DNA of 64,000 nucleotides from an uncultured Bacteroidales bacterium (GCA_964608665.1 CAZSQJ010000012.1:7208-71207), one strand, 5' to 3'. Shown: positions 1 to 9,995, counted from the stretch's first letter. The notes: generated by a model from the sequence alone, not told the origin. Made by a program: numbers and translations.

Positions 1-233
1 GACAACAACAACATGATCAGAAGCAGGAAAGCCATGTTATTTTTCATTCTTCCGGAATTCAGTTATAGCATGTTTCAGGCCGGTAAAGAAAGGGTTTCAA
101 TAAAGGGTAAAGATAGCGAAATTCTTCAACTTCCCGCCAGCATTAAGAGGAAAGGAGGACAAAGCGGGTATGAATATGGGTGGGCGGCTTGCCTTTGTTG
201 GGAAGGGGATGTTTGCTTAAAAGTACAGCCGGA

Positions 234-3200
234 TCAGTTGTTTTTAATACAGCGGACAGAATGCCTTCCTTCAAAACCGGTTAATCCTTTTGCAACCCTG
301 CTTTCATTCGCATTCAGTGAAATGCGGTAAGCATTGCTGCCATCTGAAGTTGATGACCAGAAGCGGGTCAGGATGTTGAAATTGACGAAAGTTCCGTCAG
401 GGTTACCGATACCTGAACCGAGTGCCGTAAATCCTGAGGAATTAGTGGCACCGGAATTCGGAGCAGTCCAGTAGCTTGTGCCGCTTGCCTTCAGTTTGCT
501 TCCGGCATTGGTACCTGTATAGGTGTTAAGCAGGGAACAATTGACTGTATTATCAAGAAATACATTAAGTTCGCACCATTCCTGATCGGTTGGGATATGC
601 CATCCTTCAGGACAAATACCGCGTGATCCTTGCATGGAATTATAGTTCATCATTTCATTCCATTGATACAATCCTCCGTAAACCTGGCAATTCTGGGGCA
701 GGTTGTTATAGCAGTATTTTTGTATCACTGAATCATTGGCAGATGCGGTTCCGCTGTTGATCATGGTTCCGACGTTCAGGTTTTCCTTCAGCCAGCAGCG
801 CGAGCCGATCTGAACCGTGTTATAGATCTGACCTTCGTGTGTGATGGTCGGACTGTCGCAATAACCGGGCGGGAGCAGGAAGGTGATGATCACGGTATCT
901 GTACTGGAGGCACACCAGGTGTCGAATGTCAGTGTCCATACCAGGGTGTACGTTTCTCCGCCTATACCCTGAAGGGCATTATAGGGGGATGTAGCAGGTT
1001 GGGTGAGTGATCCTCCGTTTCCGCTGATAATACTCCATTGTCCGGAAGCACCCGGCGGGGGATTGTTGCCCAAAATATTTCTCGTACCTGTGGAGGAACC
1101 ATATAATTGTACGATCTGGTCGGGTCCGGCATCGGCCTGTATCATCGGCGGACAAGGCATATCCAGTCTGTATATTCCTGCCGTGACAGGATAAGTGGCA
1201 CTGGCTCCGGTCCAGCCTCTGAGGTTGTTAAAGAAGCCATAACCTGAATGGTACAAACTGTCGAGGATATGCCAGTTTGAACCATTATCAAAAGAGTAGG
1301 AGGTAAAGTGATGGTCGGGATGCTTGCCTCCGGCAATATACATGCCCGAAGTGGTTGGAGTGGGTTTGGCATATACCAGGGAAGCATTCCAATGTACCCA
1401 GATCGATCCTGTGAATCCGAAACCTGACCATGTTGCCCCTCCGTCTGATGTTTTTTTGGTACTGTCACCGATCAGCAATCCGCTTAAGCCATTCCTGAAA
1501 GCCATTACCTGGAAGTCCATTCCGGTAGAATATTTAACCCAGTTTAGTCCCTTGTCGGAGGATTTGTAGATCTCCTGTTTGTTCGTGGTGAACCAGATGG
1601 TATCATTCACCGCCTTAAACTCATTGATGGTACCGAAAGTACCGGGATCATTGGGTGGGATATTCGCCTGTGGCACCCGCGTCCAGGTTTGTCCGGCATC
1701 GGTTGTGGTGTATATTTCAAAATATCCGCCGTTAGGGTCACCCATACACACTCCTTCCAGCGGATTAAAGAAATGGACGAAATTCGGGAAACCGTCCGGT
1801 AATGCGAACATGTCTGTTCCCTGGAGATTCCAGGTCAGTCCCCCGTCCTGGGTGTGGTAAATCCCCCCACCTCCTGCAAAAGAATACAATGCTGCCCATG
1901 CATTGCCGGCATCAGTGGCAGAGATATTTGAAATACCATGATTTGGCGTGTTTGGGATAGTCCCCGGAATCCATGTATTTCCTCCGTCACTGGTACGGGT
2001 AAATTCCTGATTTGGTACCGGATTATTCCCTGAAGTTTCTCTGACCGAAGCCCATACGATGTTGGTATCCACCACTGAAAAGGTAAATATTTCTTTACCC
2101 GGTCCGTTGATGCCTGAGTTCTGTGCCACCCATTGCGGTGCGGTAAAAGACACCTGAATGTCATCATATGATGTGTCACTACACGAGTTAAACAAAGTCC
2201 AGCGTAAGGTATAGCTTTCTCCGAATCTTCCGGTAAATGTGGAATTTGGATGGGATTGATTGGCGAAACGGCCACCGCTGCCAGTTATGATGGTCCATAA
2301 TCCACTCATCCCGACAGCTGGTACGGTGGCATTAAGTGTTACCATGTTTCCGAGGACGCCTGTTTTATCGGGTCCGGCATTTGAGAATGGTACAGGACAT
2401 TGATTTTTAATACAACGTACGGACTGACCGGTTGTTTTATCGGCTAATCCTCTGAATATCTGTGCCGTTGTGTTTGCCAGGGATCTGCGGTACGCAGTTG
2501 AACCACTTTCGGTGGAGGTCCAGAAACGGGTTAACGTTCTGAAGGAGGCGAAAGTTCCATCCGGATTAACAGTACCCGAACCAAGCGCGGTAAAACCCGA
2601 ACTGTTTGTGGCACCTGTATTGCTATCCCAGAAATCGTTACCGGATGCTTTCAGTTGTCCTCCTGCACTCGTCCCGCTATATCCGGTAGCTGAACAGTTT
2701 ACGGTATAATCGAGGTAGGTGCTGAGCTGACACCATTCCTGGTCGGTGGGGATATGCCATCCTTCCGGGCAGATGCCTTTTGTTCCCTGGAGATTGGTAT
2801 AGTTTATCATTTCATCCCACTGGTAAAGTGCACCGTAAATCTGGCAGTTTTCAGGAAGGTTGTTATAACAGTATTTTTCGATGATATTGTTATTGGAAGC
2901 GGCAGTACCACCATTGATCATGATGCCGGCATTCAGGTTTTCCTTTAACCAGCAGCGGGTTCCAATCTGTACGGTATTATAAACCTGTCCTTCATAAGTG
3001 ATGGTAGGGGAAGTGCAATAGCCGGGAGGAGCGGCAAAACTGACAATCACGGTATCGCTTGTCTGTGAACAATTGTTGGAGAGTTTCCATACCAGTTGAT
3101 AGGTAGTTGCCGGTGTACCGGTGAAATCACTTGTTGGAGAGTTTGGGGCATACAATAAACCGCCGCTGCCGGAGATGATCTGCCAGCTTCCGCTCACGCC

Positions 3201-6200
3201 GGGAGGTGCAGGATCAGCATTGAGCAAGGTATAAGTATTGGAAAGGTTCAGTTGGTCAGGGCCGGCATATGCAGCAGGAAGCTGTTCGCAAAACACACGG
3301 AATTTATAGATGTTTGCGGTAAGCGGGTATCCTGTACAGGCACCCGTCCAGCCGTATTGGTTGTTAAAGAAGCCGAAGCTGGAATGGTAAAGGCTGTCGA
3401 GGGTAAACCAGTCGGCGGCCTCATTGTAGGAGTAATTACAGGAATGGGAAGTTGATGACTTGCTACCGATAAGATACATTCCTGAAAAGCCCTGAGTTTT
3501 CCCTGCATAAACCAGCAGGGATGAATTAAAATTGAGCCATATCGATCCGTTGAAGGTAAAAGGATTCCAGCTTTCACCGCCATCCAGGGTATATCGCCAG
3601 TCATTCCAGATCAGCAAGCCTTCTTTGCTGTCTTTCATGGCGAGGATGCCATTGGGGACAGGATGGCTGAATTTTTCCCAGTGCAGTCCTTTATCGGTGG
3701 TCCTGTAGACTTCCTGCATATTGGTGCTGAACCACAGGGTGTCTCCTGCTGTTTTAAAACCGTTGACCAGGCCATAGACTCCCGGACTGTCGGGTGGCAG
3801 GTTCTGTTGCGGCACCCTGGTCCAGGTTTGACCGCCATTGTTTGTGGTGTATATTTCAAAGTAGCCTCCGACAGGGTCTCCGCCACAAACACCCTGCTGT
3901 GGATTAAAGAAATGAACGAAATTCGGGAACCCGTCCGGTGCCTGGAAAAGGCTGCTGTCCTGCAAGGTCCAGCTTTGTCCTCCGTCTGCCGTATGATAAA
4001 TACCGCCTCCCCCTGAAAAATTGTACAGGGCTGCCCAGGCATGGTTGGCATCCACTGCGCTGATATTCGAGATCGCATGATTGGCTGCCATGGGTATTTG
4101 TCCGGGAATCCAGTTGATTCCGCCATCGGTGGTGCGGGTAAATTCCTGGTTGGGGATGATATTGTTCCCTGATAAAGCCCTTACTGATGCCCACACGATA
4201 TTGGAATCCACTGTGGAAAAGGAGTAGATCTCTTTATTTTCTCCCGTGATACCCGAATTCTGAAGCACCCAGGATGCCGGTGCAAAGCTGATCACCACCT
4301 GGCCGGCTGCAGACTGATAACAGGTGTTTGAAACCGTCCACTGCAGGGTGTAGGATGTTCCGAATTTACCGCTGAACAGGCTCTTCGGATCATTTACATT
4401 GTCGAATAATCCTCCTGAACCACTGATGACAGTCCATGACCCGTTCAGGCCTGTAGCCGGCACTGCTGCATCGAGCACGGCCTGGTTGCCGTTGATATTG
4501 ATCTGGTCGGCACCTGCATTGACCATTCCAACGGTCTGGCAGGTATCTTTGATACAGCGGACATAATAAGCATCGGTTTTGGATCTGTATACATTGGTAC
4601 TCAGTGATTCTATGTTATAGCCCAGGGCTGGCCCCCTGACCGCGTAAGTAGCATCTGTCAGATCACTTGTCCAGAAGGCACTAAACCGGTTTAATTCATA
4701 GAAACTGCCGGAGTAGTAGCCACTTCCCAGGGTCGTGAATCCGCTGATGTTGCCGGCACCCGTGTTGGGCATATTCCATGTGGCAGTGCCGCTTTGTTTC
4801 ATTTTACCTCCGGCTGATGCGGTTCCTCCGAGGTAGAAAACAAGCGTATTCCATTCATCAATAGTCGGGACATGCCACCCCGCGGGACAGATCCCCCTTG
4901 CACCGCGGCTGGTGGCATATTGCATCATTTCATTCCACCGGTACAGACCGCCGTACAGACTACATGCAGCAGGATCATTGTTATAGCAGTGTTTCTCCAT
5001 GATGCTGTTGCTGGATGGCATCTGAGAAACAGGGATCATATTGCCTGCATTGAGGTTTTCTTTCATCCAGCATTGTCCGCCGATCAGGACGGTGTTGTAT
5101 TGCTGTCCTTCGTAAGTAAAAGAAGGTTCAGCGGGACAGGGTTGACCCATAATGGGAAGGAAGGAGACTCCGACCTCATCGTAAGCTGAACCGCAATGGT
5201 TTTTAACAGTCCAGCGCAGGGTGTATGACTGGGGACTTTGGGCGGTAAATCTTGTATATGGATCGTGAATGTCACTGAAGGTTCCTCCTGTTCCGGAAGT
5301 GACGCTCCATGTACCGGTACCGTTTAATTCCGGCATATTTGCCTGCAGCTGGACATTTAAACCTTCAATACCGGTCTGGTCGGGTCCGGCCTGTGCGGTT
5401 ACGGGTGGACAGATGACTTCAGGTGTGGCGGTTCCATCGATGTCCCCGACACATAATCCCCTGATGGCCATTGTTTGGGTCTCCTGTCCGGTAACGGCAA
5501 AATACACAGTATCAAAAATCCAGGTTCCGGCTGAAAAAGACAGGATTTTCTGCAGGAGTTTTTCCTGGATCAGCACAACATCAAGACTGTCCACCTGCCC
5601 GTCATCATTTACATCCCCTGCCTGAAATGTCATTCCGGTCAGGGTATCCAGTCCGATCAGGTGGCGGTGTGCAAAAAGGGCATCCACATTGTCGATCCCG
5701 CGCGGAAGGTTCAGGCTGCCGGCAGTTATGCTGTAGTTGCCCTGGGGTATGTTACTGAAAACAAATGTACCGTTGTTCAGGCTCATTACCTGTGATATCA
5801 GCTGGTCACTTTCGTCATGCAGCCTGAGTGTCACAAAACCCAGGGGAAATTGTTGGGTATTGAAATAACTTACCTGGCCACTGAGGTTGGCACCGGCACC
5901 CTGGCATGGTTGGCAGGTTCCGAAGCAGGGTGCGGGCAAAATCGTATCATGTGCTGGAACGGTGAGGAAACGGTTATTTGCAGATCCGGTTGTACATGAT
6001 GATGGAATATTTTCCCAGTCGCTGCCGTTGATAAACCTGTACTCATGGTAGGTTCCCGTTTTGAGTGCGAGGGTGGTTTCATAAATGCCGTTTCCCACAT
6101 GCTGCATGGGATTCGCTGCCGGATTCCAGTTCTGATAATCGATGGCCACAAACACACCCTGCGGGGATACCTGCTGTGCGGACATGTCAACCCGCAGCCT

Positions 6201-7061
6201 TACCAGGGAGAATGGCAGGGGAGTGATGGTTTCGTACCCGAAAATCTTAAAGGGAAGGCCCTGGGGAGTCTTTAACTCACCGTCAACGATTGAAGTCCAA
6301 AGATTCGAGATGGGGTTATATTGTTTTGCGTTTCCAGTGCTGACAACACCTTGTTTGGTAACAGGTATAACATATGGGCCGGAAAATTGATTGTCTTCTG
6401 TTACCCAATCAACATAGTAGAGCCCGGGCCCCAGCACCACAGATGGAATATTGCAGACCAGTTCCAGGACTGGCCGTTGTATGTCACCGGTGTACAATTC
6501 AGTAACCCTGTAGATCCCGGAAAAGCTTTGGGATGACAACATATTGTCAGTCGTGTTCCCAAACATCGTAATATATCCCCCTTTTCTGATGCGAAGGTTC
6601 AGAAAGTTTACGCTGGAAGGGTTGGAGGGTGCGTTCTGGAAAACATAAAAAGTCATGCTTGTCAGGGTCCAGTTTGTGTTTTCAGGAACGGTAAATTCCT
6701 CGGAAACCCGGTATCCGCCATCATTACGAAAACCGTATGTTGATAAACCCAGATCCAGTTGCACGACACTGGCATCAGCACCATTGGCACCTCCGGCCGG
6801 ATAATTGACCAGCGGACCGTTGTCGAAAAGCAGGACAGGGCCCGATGCCGGAGGGCTCGGCAAAGGAAGGGTATCGGGCCCGGATTGAATTACAGATGTT
6901 CCTGAACCCGGAAGCCGGAAAGCTTCGGCCTGAACCACCGGAAAAGTGAGAAGTGTGGTGAGAAGAAGAAGGATTATAACCGGGACCGTTGCAGGATATT
7001 GCTTGCCTGATTTCATGCCGGGGATGTTTTTGAAAATGAAAGACCGGGATATGTGTTTCAT
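234..7061 (-). CDS. Giant secreted modular surface protein: N-terminal domain, CBM-like domain and dockerin-like module, then (Ig-like / FISUMP / Ig-like / Asp-box beta-propeller) x2, then Ig-like + FISUMP
   Basis: Single 2275-aa ORF. Signal-like hydrophobic segment VPVIILLLLTTLLTFPVVQAEA; the real start may be M16 at nt 7016. Three blocks of CW(M/L)KENLN...YG(G/A)LY(R/Q)W(N/D)EM...CP(A/E)GWH(V/I)PT..EW...VRCIK match the Fibrobacter succinogenes major paralogous domain (FISUMP) signature. Repeated SxDxGxxW Asp-boxes are present. The protein ends ...VRCIKNN with no T9SS-type C-terminal domain. Confidence 0.85.
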   Translation of the reverse strand: MKHISRSFIFKNIPGMKSGKQYPATVPVIILLLLTTLLTFPVVQAEAFRLPGSGTSVIQSGPDTLPLPSPPASGPVLLFDNGPLVNYPAGGANGADASVVQLDLGLSTYGFRNDGGYRVSEEFTVPENTNWTLTSMTFYVFQNAPSNPSSVNFLNLRIRKGGYITMFGNTTDNMLSSQSFSGIYRVTELYTGDIQRPVLELVCNIPSVVLGPGLYYVDWVTEDNQFSGPYVIPVTKQGVVSTGNAKQYNPISNLWTSIVDGELKTPQGLPFKIFGYETITPLPFSLVRLRVDMSAQQVSPQGVFVAIDYQNWNPAANPMQHVGNGIYETTLALKTGTYHEYRFINGSDWENIPSSCTTGSANNRFLTVPAHDTILPAPCFGTCQPCQGAGANLSGQVSYFNTQQFPLGFVTLRLHDESDQLISQVMSLNNGTFVFSNIPQGNYSITAGSLNLPRGIDNVDALFAHRHLIGLDTLTGMTFQAGDVNDDGQVDSLDVVLIQEKLLQKILSFSAGTWIFDTVYFAVTGQETQTMAIRGLCVGDIDGTATPEVICPPVTAQAGPDQTGIEGLNVQLQANMPELNGTGTWSVTSGTGGTFSDIHDPYTRFTAQSPQSYTLRWTVKNHCGSAYDEVGVSFLPIMGQPCPAEPSFTYEGQQYNTVLIGGQCWMKENLNAGNMIPVSQMPSSNSIMEKHCYNNDPAACSLYGGLYRWNEMMQYATSRGARGICPAGWHVPTIDEWNTLVFYLGGTASAGGKMKQSGTATWNMPNTGAGNISGFTTLGSGYYSGSFYELNRFSAFWTSDLTDATYAVRGPALGYNIESLSTNVYRSKTDAYYVRCIKDTCQTVGMVNAGADQININGNQAVLDAAVPATGLNGSWTVISGSGGLFDNVNDPKSLFSGKFGTSYTLQWTVSNTCYQSAAGQVVISFAPASWVLQNSGITGENKEIYSFSTVDSNIVWASVRALSGNNIIPNQEFTRTTDGGINWIPGQIPMAANHAISNISAVDANHAWAALYNFSGGGGIYHTADGGQSWTLQDSSLFQAPDGFPNFVHFFNPQQGVCGGDPVGGYFEIYTTNNGGQTWTRVPQQNLPPDSPGVYGLVNGFKTAGDTLWFSTNMQEVYRTTDKGLHWEKFSHPVPNGILAMKDSKEGLLIWNDWRYTLDGGESWNPFTFNGSIWLNFNSSLLVYAGKTQGFSGMYLIGSKSSTSHSCNYSYNEAADWFTLDSLYHSSFGFFNNQYGWTGACTGYPLTANIYKFRVFCEQLPAAYAGPDQLNLSNTYTLLNADPAPPGVSGSWQIISGSGGLLYAPNSPTSDFTGTPATTYQLVWKLSNNCSQTSDTVIVSFAAPPGYCTSPTITYEGQVYNTVQIGTRCWLKENLNAGIMINGGTAASNNNIIEKYCYNNLPENCQIYGALYQWDEMINYTNLQGTKGICPEGWHIPTDQEWCQLSTYLDYTVNCSATGYSGTSAGGQLKASGNDFWDSNTGATNSSGFTALGSGTVNPDGTFASFRTLTRFWTSTESGSTAYRRSLANTTAQIFRGLADKTTGQSVRCIKNQCPVPFSNAGPDKTGVLGNMVTLNATVPAVGMSGLWTIITGSGGRFANQSHPNSTFTGRFGESYTLRWTLFNSCSDTSYDDIQVSFTAPQWVAQNSGINGPGKEIFTFSVVDTNIVWASVRETSGNNPVPNQEFTRTSDGGNTWIPGTIPNTPNHGISNISATDAGNAWAALYSFAGGGGIYHTQDGGLTWNLQGTDMFALPDGFPNFVHFFNPLEGVCMGDPNGGYFEIYTTTDAGQTWTRVPQANIPPNDPGTFGTINEFKAVNDTIWFTTNKQEIYKSSDKGLNWVKYSTGMDFQVMAFRNGLSGLLIGDSTKKTSDGGATWSGFGFTGSIWVHWNASLVYAKPTPTTSGMYIAGGKHPDHHFTSYSFDNGSNWHILDSLYHSGYGFFNNLRGWTGASATYPVTAGIYRLDMPCPPMIQADAGPDQIVQLYGSSTGTRNILGNNPPPGASGQWSIISGNGGSLTQPATSPYNALQGIGGETYTLVWTLTFDTWCASSTDTVIITFLLPPGYCDSPTITHEGQIYNTVQIGSRCWLKENLNVGTMINSGTASANDSVIQKYCYNNLPQNCQVYGGLYQWNEMMNYNSMQGSRGICPEGWHIPTDQEWCELNVFLDNTVNCSLLNTYTGTNAGSKLKASGTSYWTAPNSGATNSSGFTALGSGIGNPDGTFVNFNILTRFWSSTSDGSNAYRISLNANESRVAKGLTGFEGRHSVRCIKNN
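237..860 (-). repeat. FISUMP domain copy 3 (aa ~2068-2275, C-terminal)
   Basis: CDSPTITHEGQIYNTVQIGSRCWLKENLN...VYGGLYQWNEMM...GICPEGWHIPTDQEWCEL...FWSST...SVRCIKNN. Roughly 80% identical to copy 2 at protein level by eye, with many synonymous differences, e.g. CTG vs TTA for the Leu of CWLKENLN. Confidence 0.8.
1158..2135 (-). repeat. Asp-box beta-propeller copy 2 (aa ~1643-1968)
   Basis: TSDGGNTW, TQDGGLTW, TTDAGQTW, SSDKGLNW, TSDGGATW, FDNGSNW. Collinear with copy 1: QWVAQNSGINGPGKEIFTFSVVDTNIVWASVRETSGNN vs SWVLQNSGITGENKEIYSFSTVDSNIVWASVRALSGNN. Confidence 0.7.
2403..3017 (-). repeat. FISUMP domain copy 2 (aa ~1349-1553)
   Basis: CTSPTITYEGQVYNTVQIGTRCWLKENLN...IYGALYQWDEMI...GICPEGWHIPTDQEWCQL...FWTST...SVRCIKN. 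Confidence 0.8.
3291..4274 (-). repeat. Asp-box (BNR / Ycf48-like) beta-propeller copy 1 (aa ~930-1257)
   Basis: Serial Asp-box motifs TTDGGINW, TADGGQSW, TNNGGQTW, TTDKGLHW, TLDGGESW, YNEAADW. Confidence 0.7.
4545..5126 (-). repeat. FISUMP domain copy 1 (aa ~646-839 of the giant protein)
   Basis: SFTYEGQQYNTVLIGGQCWMKENLN...LYGGLYRWNEMM...GICPAGWHVPTIDEWNTL...FWTSD...YYVRCIKD. The Cys codon of CWMKENLN was checked at nt 5070-5072. Confidence 0.8.
5547..5699 (-). other. Dockerin-like Ca-binding duplicated segment inside the giant protein (aa ~455-505)
   Basis: GIDNVDALFAHRHLIGL...AGDVNDDGQVDSLDVVLIQEKLL has the DxNxDGxxxxxD loop-helix pattern of type-I dockerin repeats. It is preceded by a CarboxypepD_reg-like Ig segment (SGQVSYFN...GNYSITA) and followed by CVGDIDGT. 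Confidence 0.55.
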
Positions 7062-7120
7062 TGATGGATTCAGGTGTTGTTTGTTGATGATTCTTTGGTC
7101 AATCGTGATTTTATTGGATG

Positions 7121-9976
7121 CTATCGGGTTTTGGTCATCATTTTGTACTGGGAGAAATACCCCGAAGCGGAACGGATTTCAAGTTTTGCGGGATAGATCC
7201 CGGGTGCCAGCTTTTCTCCGGTGAAGGTAACCCGGTGATAACCGGCTGCCTGCCTTTCTTCCACAATGACTTCTATCAGAGCACCCAGCGGATTATACAC
7301 TTTCAGGATGACATCGGCATCTTCTGAAAGGTAATAAGCGATTTCTGTATGCCGGGCAAAGGGATTCGGGTAATTCTGACCAAGGGCAAAACTTTCCGTG
7401 CTGTGATCTGAAAACAGCCTGGGAAGGTTCAGCCTGACATTGTCATAAGGGACTCCCCTGGAATCACTCACTTCGGATCCGGGCATCAGGTTAAACCCGA
7501 GCCTGCCCAGCAGGGGTCTGTCGCCGATCCGGATACGAAGGCTGAACAAGGCGTCCCCAGCATCAATGCCGATTCCCTGAAGGGAATACCAGGCAATGCT
7601 GAGAATATTCCCTTCTGTCCTGAAAATGAGGTTGTCATGAAAGGCAGGATTCTTCAGCATCACCTCCTCAATGGAAATTAATTCCCCCGGGAATTCCATG
7701 ACAATTGAAATAGCTCCGGCAGCGATATCATCGGCTGCAATAAAGGGGAGAAGATATTCCTCGCCGTTTTGGATCTTTATCATCCCCTCTTCTACGATCC
7801 GGATTTTGGGGCTCGTCCTGGTGCCGGGGATATAGGAACCATCCACATCACCCATGCACAGCACGGGGAAATCCCTGCTCACGCTGGGCCCGCCAAGTTC
7901 GACGGTGTCGGAACCATTGTACCAGTCACCGGCAGTAAAGGAGCTGATGAAATTGACAAAGCGTCTGGCAATGAGCAGGGCGTCTGCAGCATTCACCGTA
8001 CCGGTATTGTTTACATCGGCGGCCTTCCTTTTGGTCTCACCCAGGGTGATCATACTGGCAAAGTGCCTCAGAACGAGCAGGGCATCGGTGGCATTCACCC
8101 CGCCCCAGGGTTTTTGGATATCAGGTTTGACGAAGTATGTCCCGGGGTTTTTATCGATAAACAGATAATTACCGTTAAGAAATGTATAAGCTGAATCGGT
8201 TTCGGCTTGTGAAAGGCTGAAAAGCTCCACCCAGGAATTGGTGATGGGGGTGCTCAGGCTGTTTTCGTAAAACACCCGGCCACTCAGTGCGGAAATGATG
8301 GTAACAGAGATGCTGTCGGAGTAACTGGTACACACCCCGTTACCTGCCATGCAGCGAAACACATAGCCGTTGAGGCTTAAGGGAATGTCGCTGATCTGAA
8401 GGGAAGGAGTGTTGACTCCTGAATAGGTTGCATTATTGAATAGCTGTTCATATGTGAGTCCGCCGTCGGAGCTGCTTTCCCACTGATAGGTTTTGGCACC
8501 CTGGGCGCTGAGCTGTAAAGTCACATCTTCCCCGCTCAGCACAGTTATGGAGGTATTGACCGGGCTGAACACCGGTGCCGGGCTCAGCACACAGGAGGCT
8601 TCGGCTTCGGTTTTCAGGGCTTCTGTATTGCCGGTATGGTCTCGTGCCACGGAGAAAAAGCGGTATTGGGAGCAGGCTTTACCGCTAAAGGAGAGGCTGC
8701 TGTCGGCCGGCGTTTCACCATATTTTTCAAAGGGACCGCCGTCTTCTGAGACATACAGTTCGACCGCCGCCACCCCCGAACCTCCGTTGTCGTCCTGGCT
8801 GGTAAAACTGATCGTAATGACAGTTGTGTCATAGCTTGCCTCCAGGGCATTGACCTGGCTTGCAGGTGCCGCGGCATCGGCGGTGTTGTGCCAGATGTTG
8901 GTGGCGATGAATGGATTGACGTCGAAGGTAATGATTCCCTGTGCCTTCAGGCTGTCTCCGGTAACCACAGTGTTTTTGGGTTTGACCGTAAAGGTGACAT
9001 AGCCTTCCCCGGCATGGGTGGAATCATTGACCGGCAGCATACCCTTCAGGGGATCCTGGGGCGGCAGACCGGTGGCAGGGTCGATGGCCTGAAAGATCCA
9101 GAATGCGTTGTTGTTTGCCACATCAATTCCGGCGATTACATCCACCAGAACACCAATGGAGTCTGCCAGGTTCAGGCGGGCATTATAGGAAGTGCTGTTT
9201 GGCGGAACGGAAAAGGTCATGTTGGCAAAACTGAAACTTCCAAGCCTGAAGGAAGACCTGTTCATCAGCTGGTCGAAGGGATAGGATACCAGGACACGCT
9301 GGGCGGGGGCTGTCGCGAAATCAGGGTCGTTCTCGAAATTGATCTGGTAAGGCAGCGCCTGCCTCGAAGAATAGTACTGTTGTTCTCCGTACCCGGCCGG
9401 ACCCACGATATCGTTGGGATCTCTTGAACACAACACAGGCACAAAAGACACGGCCACCCTGGTTTGTCCGGTACAATTACTGGCATCAGTGGCGGTGAAG
9501 GTGTATGATCCGCTGCTGCTCACAGTCAGGCTGGTGGCGGGACTGAAAATGTAAGGAGGCGTACCACCGGAGCCGGAAGCGGTAATGGTGATCTCAGGAG
9601 CCCCGTCCTGGATGCAGAACGGAATGGTACCCCCGCTGGAAACTACAATATCGATGGATCCTTCGTTGCGTACGACGGCTGTTCCGACACCCTTGCAGTG
9701 GTGTGCATCAGTGACCGTTACCGTGTATGTTCCGGGTGCAAGGTTATTGATGGTGGCAGAGGTGGCTCCGTTTGACCATTTGTAAATAAAAGGGAAATAA
9801 GCATTTTCAACCCCGGTAACTGTTGCAGAACCGGTATTTCCGCTGCAACTGGTGTGTGTGACAGCGATCTGTACCTGGGCACGGACTGTCAAAGTGCCTG
9901 AAAACATCGCCAGGCAAAGCCATATTGAAAGGATGATGATGCCGGCCGGTCTTGTATGCAGATGTTTTGATTTCAT
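7121..9976 (-). CDS. T9SS-sorted surface protein with SprB-type repeat, Ig-like domain, dockerin-like module and cohesin-like module
   Basis: 951-aa ORF with a signal-like N-terminus (GIIILSIWLCLAMFSGTLTVRAQ). SprB-repeat-like CSGNTGSATVTG...YKWSNGATSATINNLAPGTYTVTVTDAHHCKG. DPNDIVGP...YQINFEND block. Dockerin-like GGVNATDALLVLRHF...AADVNNTGTVNAADALLIARRF. C-terminal LGQNYPNPFARHTEIAYYL...LKVYNPLGALI...LAPGIYPAKL is a typical T9SS (Por) C-terminal sorting domain. Confidence 0.85.
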   Translation of the reverse strand: MKSKHLHTRPAGIIILSIWLCLAMFSGTLTVRAQVQIAVTHTSCSGNTGSATVTGVENAYFPFIYKWSNGATSATINNLAPGTYTVTVTDAHHCKGVGTAVVRNEGSIDIVVSSGGTIPFCIQDGAPEITITASGSGGTPPYIFSPATSLTVSSSGSYTFTATDASNCTGQTRVAVSFVPVLCSRDPNDIVGPAGYGEQQYYSSRQALPYQINFENDPDFATAPAQRVLVSYPFDQLMNRSSFRLGSFSFANMTFSVPPNSTSYNARLNLADSIGVLVDVIAGIDVANNNAFWIFQAIDPATGLPPQDPLKGMLPVNDSTHAGEGYVTFTVKPKNTVVTGDSLKAQGIITFDVNPFIATNIWHNTADAAAPASQVNALEASYDTTVITISFTSQDDNGGSGVAAVELYVSEDGGPFEKYGETPADSSLSFSGKACSQYRFFSVARDHTGNTEALKTEAEASCVLSPAPVFSPVNTSITVLSGEDVTLQLSAQGAKTYQWESSSDGGLTYEQLFNNATYSGVNTPSLQISDIPLSLNGYVFRCMAGNGVCTSYSDSISVTIISALSGRVFYENSLSTPITNSWVELFSLSQAETDSAYTFLNGNYLFIDKNPGTYFVKPDIQKPWGGVNATDALLVLRHFASMITLGETKRKAADVNNTGTVNAADALLIARRFVNFISSFTAGDWYNGSDTVELGGPSVSRDFPVLCMGDVDGSYIPGTRTSPKIRIVEEGMIKIQNGEEYLLPFIAADDIAAGAISIVMEFPGELISIEEVMLKNPAFHDNLIFRTEGNILSIAWYSLQGIGIDAGDALFSLRIRIGDRPLLGRLGFNLMPGSEVSDSRGVPYDNVRLNLPRLFSDHSTESFALGQNYPNPFARHTEIAYYLSEDADVILKVYNPLGALIEVIVEERQAAGYHRVTFTGEKLAPGIYPAKLEIRSASGYFSQYKMMTKTR
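7412..7807 (-). other. Cohesin-like beta-sandwich module of the 951-aa protein (aa ~724-855)
   Basis: IRIVEEGMIKIQNGEEYLLPFIAADDIAAGAISIVMEFPGELISIEEV...GNILSIAWYSLQGIGIDAGDALFSLRIRI resembles the cohesin pattern (PGD..V.VP...v..i..f.f.l.YD...l....V). Motif-level call only. Confidence 0.4.
7937..8104 (-). other. Dockerin-like module of the 951-aa protein (aa ~625-680)
   Basis: Two loop-helix segments: GVNATDALLVLRHF and DVNNTGTVNAADALLIARRF. Same flanks as in the giant protein (SGRVFYEN...GTYFVKP upstream, CMGDVDGS downstream). Confidence 0.55.
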
Positions 9977-9995
9977 AAATTGAAGGTTTTATCTG

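Noticed and set aside
13-330. 105-aa plus-strand ORF at the left edge
   Set aside because: It overlaps the 3' end of the 2275-aa minus-strand gene in antisense. It has no recognisable motif, and its composition is typical of a shadow ORF.
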